DNA of 6,184 bases, taken from the NCBI RefSeq assembly GCF_006345805.1, contig NW_021829698.1:1-6184 (forward strand), in the 5' to 3' direction. The stretch comes from Octopus sinensis (lineage: Eukaryota). The position numbers were made by a program, and so were the translations under genes. This document shows, in pieces, positions 1 through 6,184 of this stretch (position 1 is the stretch's first letter; the number at the start of each line of letters is the position of its first letter). The notes beneath the pieces are model-generated. The model saw nothing but the letters and a program-made list of their open reading frames with translations, was not told the origin of the DNA and searched no databases.

Positions 1-170
1 CACTACCGATACCACACCACCAGCAATGCCACAACATCATCACCATAACCACCACAAAATTTTCAGAGGGTTTTCTAGAGAATTCTTTTTTGAAATAACT
101 GCGAAGCATGAACATGGTTGCACAACAAGAACTAACTGTCAAGTCTCTCATGCAGCACAGTGAACCAGCT

Positions 171-290
171 TTCTGAGTTCAAAATCCGCCGAGGTCGACT
201 TTGCCATTCATCCTTTCAGGGTCGATTAAATAAGTACCAGTTAATCTTTGGAGTCGATGTAATCGACTTAATCCCCTTGTCTGTCCTTCT
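171..290 (+). mobile_element. 5'-truncated tRNA-derived SINE (family A): B-box end, central domain and start of tail type 1
   Basis: ttctgagttcaaaatccgccgaggtcgactttgccattcatcctttcagggtcgattaaataagtaccag...gtcgatgtaatcgacttaatcc aligns by eye with the full copy at about 2299-2416. Confidence 0.9.
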
Positions 291-445
291 TCGTGGAAAA
301 GCAAAGCAAAACTAATGAACCGACTGCACAAGCACTTTAAAGTATTCATACGACAGGTAAAAACGGCAGAACTCACTGATTTCTTAGAAAATGCGATGCT
401 CCAATCTTTACCAGAATACATTTTCAAAATATTAGAGGAATAACA

Positions 446-1040
446 TCTATATAGATAAATGTGTAATAGTGTCTGTGTGTGTGTGTGTTTGGAGTTACCC
501 TAACTCCTTCCACACCGTCCAACCGATTTTAAGGATTTTTGGCACACAGGTAGGTCAAATAAAGCCGGACATTTTTGAAAACTTGATAATGCTCAGTTGG
601 CATCGATATTTGTGAGCTCAATCGGGTGTTTGAATGGAAATTCCCATAACGATGTTATTTTTCAAGCAGCTTTTGAATTTTTTGTCCGATTTTGATGAAA
701 ATCAATGAATGAACGAGGCTCACGGCAATGAGTTGGTGTTGACAACAAATCGATAATTGCGCATGAGCAGTGGTTTTATAAAATCAACAGGCTTTTTGCG
801 TGCAAATACCCATAGGGATTTTATTTTTGGCCGTAACTTTTATATTTTTCATCCGATTTTAATGAAATTTGAGATTTAAGTAAATTTTGTGGTAGGGTAG
901 ACGGTAAAGATTTTAATTTAAATTCCAGAGCTGGCATCAACCAATGGACAGGAACTGTAATCACGTGTAAAATTTCAACGGTCAGAGATGAGCTTAACTT
1001 CAACACGGAAAACACGAGCTACGCCGGGTCCAACAGCTAG
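446..1040 (+). mobile_element. Non-autonomous Helitron-like element with 5' (TG)n microsatellite (Lep1/MINE-like architecture)
   Basis: Inserted between A445 and T1041; starts TC (446-447) and ends CTAG (1037-1040). Imperfect GC-rich hairpin acacgagctacgccgggt ends 11 nt before the 3' end. No TSD. (TG)n at 474-488; motif ccgatttt(a/g)atgaaa-like at about 523, 686 and 853. Confidence 0.75.
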
Positions 1041-1190
1041 TTTACCATAAATATCAAGAGATAATTTTATTCCAATTCAATGATTCAGAAGGCAAAATCT
1101 AAAATATAGAAACGTTTAAAAACCTGGAACCCTTATCCGAAATAAGGATTCCTAATCTAAGTAAATTTGAGGGGCTTGACTTGCAAATTT

Positions 1191-1256
1191 ATTTTATTTT
1201 CGAACCCGAAAGGACGAAAGGCAAATTTGAGCTTGGTGGGATATGAACTCAGAACG
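1191..1256 (-). mobile_element. Decayed internal fragment of SINE family A
   Basis: Reverse complement cgttctgagttcatatcccaccaagctcaaatttgcctttcgtcctttcgggttcgaaaataaaat matches the B-box/central domain of the 2231 copy. Confidence 0.75.
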
Positions 1257-1285
1257 GCTCTGACTTGGAACATATAATAGCAATG

Positions 1286-1329
1286 CGTGTATGTGTATGT
1301 GTGGAGGTATGTGCGTACGTGTGTGTATT
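1286..1329. repeat. Degenerate (TG)/(TATG) microsatellite
   Basis: gcgtgtatgtgtatgtgtggaggtatgtgcgtacgtgtgtgtatt. Confidence 0.7.
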
Positions 1330-1599
1330 GGCAGTTGGGGATAGGGTAATTATTGTGCTTATGGTGTTTGTGGAGACAGAAAAACGTGTCCATGACTGTT
1401 CTCTCCTCTCCAGACAATAATGGCGCCCCTTTTCCGAAATGATATCCCTTTTCCAATATTTCACGTGTATACTTCATTCGTTACTCATTTGATATGGTCA
1501 GTCGTGGTCTGAAGAAGCCAAATTCGATCCTCGGCCTCTTGGGTGGTTTCCATAACCATCTCTGCAGCTTTTGCATCTGTATTTTCCTTTGTAATTAAC

Positions 1600-1776
1600 T
1601 ATATATATGCATATATATATATATACATGCATATATACACGGTGTATATGCATATACATATATACATGCATATACACACGGCCATACATATATAGAGAGT
1701 GAGGGACAGACATGTAGGTACACACATATATACATATATACACTCCCACACACACACACACACCACGCACATATAC
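1600..1776. repeat. Compound (TA)n/(TACA)n/(CA)n microsatellite
   Basis: Directly visible alternating purine-pyrimidine tract; source of spurious ORFs 1498-1770 and 1595-1819. Confidence 0.9.
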
Positions 1777-2046
1777 AGTGGGAGAGAAATTTAACGTACC
1801 CCCACCCTTTTAGCTGCACATGTGCGTATCTCTGACAACTGAGGACCCTGACGAAGTTGGCGAAAACCTGTCAATTCAACACGAACTGAAACGAAATACA
1901 GATGTGGACCATCTGTCGTAGAAGTAATCTTGACAATTAGTAAATGTTGTGTCTAATTTATCAGTGCATACATTCAGGCTTTTTCAACTAAATTTGTTCC
2001 CTACTCTCGCGAAAAACTGTTTTTCTTGATATACATACACAGATGC

Positions 2047-2048
2047 AT

Positions 2049-2113
<65 letters not shown>

Positions 2114-2124
2114 ATATATATATA
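2047..2124. repeat. (TA)n microsatellite, about 78 bp with two small interruptions
   Basis: Directly visible. Confidence 0.97.
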
Positions 2125-2230
2125 GCTTTGTTAGCCAAGAAAATAAAGGGATAAATGAGTAAACAAAACTCAGATTCGTTACATCATTAAGGTCTTAGTT
2201 AATTCTGATTTTTCCTTTCTTTTTTTTCAA

Positions 2231-2463
2231 GGCGGCGAGCTGGCAGAAACGTTAGCACGCCGGGCGAAATGCTTAGCAGTATTTCGCCTGCCGCTACGTT
2301 CTGAGTTCAAATTCCGCCGAGGTCGACTTTGCTTTTCATTCTTTCGAGGTCGATTAAATAAATACCAGTTACGCACTGGGGTCGATATAATCGACTTAAT
2401 CCGTTTTTCTGTCCTTGTTTGTCCCCTCTGTGTTTAGCCCCTTTGTGGGCAGTAAAGAAATAG
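2231..2463 (+). mobile_element. Full-length tRNA-derived SINE (family A, tail type 1); resembles octopus OR1/OK-type SINEs with a Deu/Nin-like central domain
   Basis: Pol III A-box-like tggcagaaacg (2241-2251) and B-box gttcaaattcc (2305-2315). Central domain gaggtcgactttgcttttcattctttcgaggtcgat; two hairpins at 2365-2395; tail ending gtgggcagtaaagaaatag. The family name is recalled, not verified. Confidence 0.92.
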
Positions 2464-2464
2464 T

Positions 2465-2621
2465 TATTTCGTCTGCCTTTACGTTCTGAGTTCAAATTCT
2501 TCTGAGGTCGACTTTGCCGTTCATCTTTTCAGGGTCGAAGTACCAGTTGCGTACTGGGGTCGATATAATCGACTGGCCCCTCCTCAAAAATTTCGGGCCT
2601 TGTGCCTAGAGTAGAAAAAAG
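2465..2621 (+). mobile_element. 5'-truncated SINE family A copy with tail type 2, directly tandem to the previous copy
   Basis: tatttcgtctgcctttacgttctgagttcaaattc...gtcgatataatcgac matches about 2280-2395, then diverges into ggcccctcctcaaaaatttcgggccttgtgcctagagtagaaaaaag. Confidence 0.9.
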
Positions 2622-2647
2622 AGTTAATTCTGTTTTTCATACTTCAA

Positions 2648-3199
<552 letters not shown>

Positions 3200-3578
3200 T
3201 AAGATTGACCAAATTGAAGCATTTACCAAACTACTTAATGGAATCTATCAAGAGAAACATAGATCAAATTCATAGATTATTAATGCAGAAAACGTTTAGC
3301 TATAAAGTAAATAATGGCATTAATTTGACATAGTGAAGTTGCAGTAAATTAAAATATGCTTTCATTTTGTTTATTTGTTGGAAAGGAGGGTTAGCTGGAG
3401 AGTCAATGCTTGTGGTTTAGTCTAGAAATTCATGCGCCTAGGGAGAGCAGAGGCCTAGCAGATGTAGAGCTTGATATTTCTTGAAAACGTATGACTGGGG
3501 TAACAAATACCGACAATTGAAATAAGTTCTAGGATGATATGAGTGGACTAAGTTGTTACCGCGGGATCTGAGATGAAA

Positions 3579-3659
3579 GACATAACAGTAATGACCGGAG
3601 TTCATATATATATGTATATATATATATATCTTCAGTCGAAAGACGTCTGTTGTTATGTC
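3579..3659 (+). other. Degenerate hammerhead-ribozyme-like fold (type I, Penelope-like minimal form), probably inactive
   Basis: 9-bp inverted repeat gacataaca (3579-3587)/tgttatgtc (3651-3659) encloses gtaatga (5/7 match to CTGATGA), a stem gaccggag/cttcagtc around a (TA)n loop, GAAA (3638-3641) and the palindrome agacgtct (3641-3648). Confidence 0.35.
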
Positions 3660-3950
3660 CTGTTATTATTATTATTGTTGTTTTTGTTGTATTATTTTTG
3701 TATTTAAATTCCTGTAACATCGTGTTTTTCCGTCCTTGTTTCGTATACATTCGATGCCTTTTTCCAAGCAATCTAATGCACTTAGCTTAGTTTTTCCTTG
3801 GGGCTGGACAGATTGGAGCAATGTCAAGATTAATCAGCCGAAATTGCGAAGATGATCCGGTTCTTGACTGAAGATTAAATGATTCGAATGACCCGTCCGT
3901 GTTTTTTTGTATCGTCTATCTGGATGTTTTGCGTTCTTGTCCCACTTTGT
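3660..3950. mobile_element. Unclassified interspersed repeat, possibly a Penelope-like pseudo-LTR relic
   Basis: (ATT/GTT)n tract followed by complex sequence that I recognise as a recurrent cephalopod repeat (unverified). Adjoins the hammerhead-like fold and carries gactgaagat (3866-3875), the reverse complement of 3628-3637. Confidence 0.35.
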
Positions 3951-4000
3951 ATGTATATATATATGTCCCACATATATATATATACACAGAGAGTATGCTA

Positions 4001-4088
4001 GGATTTGAACTTAGAGCGCACTGAGTCCGAAGAAATACAACTCAGTATCGTGTCCGACGTTTATTACAATCCTACTGATCTCTGCCTT
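4001..4088 (-). mobile_element. Highly decayed SINE family A head (tRNA-like part)
   Basis: Reverse complement aaggcagagatcagtaggattgtaataaacgtcggacacgatactgagttgtatttcttcgg...gctctaagttcaaatcc is collinear with about 2229-2315. Confidence 0.6.
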
Positions 4089-4091
4089 TGA

Positions 4092-4218
4092 TTGGTATTT
4101 CATTTATCGAACCCGAAATGATGAAAGTCAATTGACTTTAGCGTGAATTGAACACAGACTGTAAAGAATTGATGCAAAACCCACGAAGCATTCTGTCCGA
4201 CTCTGCCAATGTGACGCT
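4092..4218 (-). mobile_element. Decayed SINE family A (head plus central domain)
   Basis: Reverse complement ...ttggcagagtcggacagaatgcttcg...gttcaattcacgctaaagtcaattgactttcatcatttcgggttcgataaatgaaatacca matches the family core. Confidence 0.7.
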
Positions 4219-4262
4219 TACTTGCTTGTATTCATGTATTCATGTATACATGTTCCTATGCA

Positions 4263-4314
4263 TGTGTGTGTGTATGTGCGTGTGTGTGTGTGTGTGTGTC
4301 TGTCTGTCTGTCTG
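4263..4314. repeat. (TG)n followed by (TCTG)4 microsatellite
   Basis: Directly visible. Confidence 0.95.
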
Positions 4315-4502
4315 TTTGGGAACGTTCCCTATCCTCCACACAATTTTAGATGTGGATTAAACCAAACTTGTTATTTATGTCATTTATCTGGATAATAAAT
4401 GACTCTAAAATCATGCTCACACACACTCATGCATCCATACCTCCACATTTAGAGATTTGTCTGTGTTCGTATACATATATGTAAACACACATACACCAAT
4501 CG

Positions 4503-4665
4503 TATGTGTGTGTGTGTGTGTGTGTGCGTGAGCATGTGTATGCGTGACTATACGCACGTGCGTAGTTATATGTAGGCATACGTGTATGTATCTGTACGTA
4601 TACATGAATAGTCATACATACGCATTTGTATGTGTGTGTGTGTGTGTGTATGTGTGTGTGTGTGT

Positions 4666-4710
<45 letters not shown>

Positions 4711-4742
4711 ATGTGTATGACTATAAGTATGTGTGTATGTGT
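4503..4742. repeat. Long compound (TG)n/(TATG)/(TACA) microsatellite region
   Basis: Directly visible; near-pure (TG)n at about 4628-4708; source of the CV/HT ORFs. Confidence 0.93.
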
Positions 4743-5085
4743 TTCCAGTTTAGCTTTCGCCGTTTCTGCCGACATTACTCGAATCCCAATCTTGCCATCC
4801 CAAGAGAGAAGCTCACACAAGAAAACAGATAATAAATGAGTTTCTTTTTTTCTATCTCTAGAACGAAGTCATAAATTATATAAGACACACCTTTTTTACA
4901 TACAGTCTCTTATAGACACGCTGTTATGAACGACACATTATATGCAATGTATACAATATATTATATCTAATATGCATTTTATTATTTAGTGCACAACTGT
5001 TCATAGAACAGAAAATATTGTAACGAATATGTTGAGAGGTTATTAGTTATTATCTCTTCCGAGGAATGACAGGCGAAACTGATCT

Positions 5086-5133
5086 CAGATTTGAACTTAG
5101 AACTTGGATGCAGCTAAGTGATTTTGTGTCACC
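5086..5133 (-). mobile_element. Very short decayed SINE family A fragment around the B-box
   Basis: gatttgaacttagaac is the reverse complement of gttctaagttcaaatc; compare gttctgagttcaaatt in the full copy. Confidence 0.4.
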
Positions 5134-5168
5134 GCTTTAGTTTACCTTAATATTATATTCAAATCCAA

Positions 5169-5370
5169 GCCGGTGAGTTAGCAGAACCGTTAGCACGCCG
5201 GGTAAAATGCTTAGCGGCATTTCGTCCGTCTTGAGTTGAAATTCTTGCGGTGTCCACTTTGTCTTTCATCCCTTCGGAATCGATAAAACAAATACTAGTT
5301 GAACACTGGAGTCGATGTAATCGACCTATCCACGAGCCTGCTGGACCCTGTGCGAAAATTTGAAATCAAT
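5169..5370 (+). mobile_element. Full-length older SINE family A copy with tail type 3
   Basis: gccggtgagttagcagaaccgttagcacgccgggtaaaatgcttagcggcatttcg...gagttgaaattc...gtcgatgtaatcgac, then gctggaccctgtgcgaaaatttgaaatcaat. Confidence 0.88.
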
Positions 5371-5383
5371 ATTCAGGCCCAAA

Positions 5384-5586
5384 GGCGATGAGCCACCAGG
5401 ATCGTTAGCTCACCAGGTAAAATGCATTTCAGCAGCATTCGCCAGTCTGAGTTGAAATTCTACCTTTCATCCTTTAGGGGTTAGTGAAATCAGTACCAGC
5501 TGGGCACTAGGGTCGGTGTAATCGACTAACCATCAACTAAACCCCTGCTCTTAAAATTGTTGATCTTTCGCCAAATGAAAGAATAA
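5384..5586 (+). mobile_element. Decayed SINE family A copy with internal deletion, tandem to the previous copy
   Basis: ggcgatgagc...atcgttagctcaccaggtaaaatgc...ctgagttgaaattc...cctttcatcctttagggg...gtaccagctgggcactagggtcggtgtaatcgac. Confidence 0.8.
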
Positions 5587-5900
5587 ATTTCCCACCGCCA
5601 TCCTCACCCCCAGCGCTAGTTCAACACATTTTGAGTAGCACTGTCCTCAACAGAAACTATTTACACTCTTACTGTAGATCTTTTGAATATTGTCATTAAA
5701 CAGAAATAGCCATTTGTGTGGCCTGAATTCATTTGAGATTTGTGCTTGTCTTAAGTGGCTGAAATATAAATCACCTTCAAGATACGATCTTAGTTCATAA
5801 TGGTTGAAGTGTTTCTAACTTAGCTATTGTTTTTCATGCGGATGACGCCTCTAAGATTTTAACCTTGGTAATATCACACGCACCACCCACGGAAAAAGAA

Positions 5901-5961
5901 TACACACAAACACATACGCCCACGCATATACGTACATACATAAATATGTACACACATACAT
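5901..5961. repeat. Degenerate (CA)/(TACA) microsatellite
   Basis: Directly visible. Confidence 0.75.
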
Positions 5962-5962
5962 A

Positions 5963-6184
5963 GGCGCAGGAGTGGCTGTGTGGTAAGTAGCTTGCTAACC
6001 AACCACATGGTTCCGGGTTCAGTCCCACTGCGTGGCATCTTGGGCAAGTGTCTTCTGCTATAGCCCCGGGCCGACCAATGCCTTGTGAGTGGATTTGGTA
6101 GACGGAAACTGAAAGAAGCCTGTCGTATATATGTATATAATATATATATATATATAAGTGTGTGTGTATATGTTTGTGTGTCTG
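5963..6184 (+). mobile_element. tRNA-derived SINE family B with CORE-like domain (octopus OR2-like), followed by a (TA)/(TG) microsatellite and cut by the window end
   Basis: A-box tggctgtgtgg (5973-5983), B-box ggttcagtccc (6016-6026), then cttgggcaagtgtctt (6039-6054) resembling the CORE/MIR motif ccttgggcaagtcactt; (TA)/(TG) from about 6126. Confidence 0.85.

Noticed and set aside
1-55. CAC/CAT/ACC-rich stretch resembling a His/Thr-rich coding region
   Set aside because: Degenerate trinucleotide low-complexity DNA, no sustained ORF, and cut by the window edge
179-427. ORF ending ...RMNGKVDLGGF, and the similar ORF 2307-2495 ending ...RMKSKVDLGGI
   Set aside because: The apparent paralogy comes from antisense translation of the same SINE core, not from a protein family
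315-443. Short plus-strand ORF MNRLHKHFKVFIRQVKTAELTDFLENAMLQSLPEYIFKILEE
   Set aside because: Only 42 aa, no recognisable motif, and the upstream frame runs into a SINE; cannot be supported without a homology search
821-1015. 64-aa minus-strand ORF
   Set aside because: Lies inside the non-coding Helitron-like element; no Rep or helicase motifs
1498-1600. Minus-strand peptide NYKGKYRCKSCRDGYGNHP, resembling part of a laminin-type EGF repeat
   Set aside because: Spacing is off, the other cysteines are absent, there is no good acceptor, the upstream sequence is microsatellite and a stop follows shortly; likely coincidence
2231-2320. tRNA gene-like A/B boxes (also at 5963-6030)
   Set aside because: No complete cloverleaf, and each continues directly into SINE body sequence; these are SINE heads, not tRNA genes
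3938-3971. 8-bp direct repeat tgtcccac around a TA tract
   Set aside because: Best explained by local slippage at a microsatellite edge; too short to call a TSD
4021-4045. Inverted repeat ctgagt...actcag
   Set aside because: Only 6 bp, inside a decayed SINE head, and not present in better-preserved copies

Overview
Repeat-dense, AT-rich eukaryotic non-coding DNA (intronic or intergenic). The SINE types and microsatellite load strongly resemble octopus/cephalopod genomic DNA; this is my recognition, not a database result. No credible protein-coding gene is present: the listed ORFs are microsatellite-derived (CV/HT/IYLS/YI repeats) or antisense read-through of SINEs. The window contains: (i) about nine full, partial or decayed copies of one tRNA-derived SINE family on both strands, with a shared head and core but different 3' tails, three times arranged as head-to-tail pairs; (ii) a second, CORE-like tRNA SINE running off the right edge; (iii) two non-autonomous Helitron-like elements (446-1040 +, about 2648-3091 -) with 5' microsatellites and a shared core motif; (iv) an unclassified repeat at about 3579-3950 that begins with a degenerate hammerhead-ribozyme-like fold of the kind associated with Penelope-like elements; (v) many (TA)n, (TG)n and (GATA)n tracts. 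Two weak single-exon candidates lie in the unique sequence. I see no strong evidence for a wholly new biological system. The best leads are the hammerhead-like relic, the Helitron-linked microsatellites and the modular SINE family.
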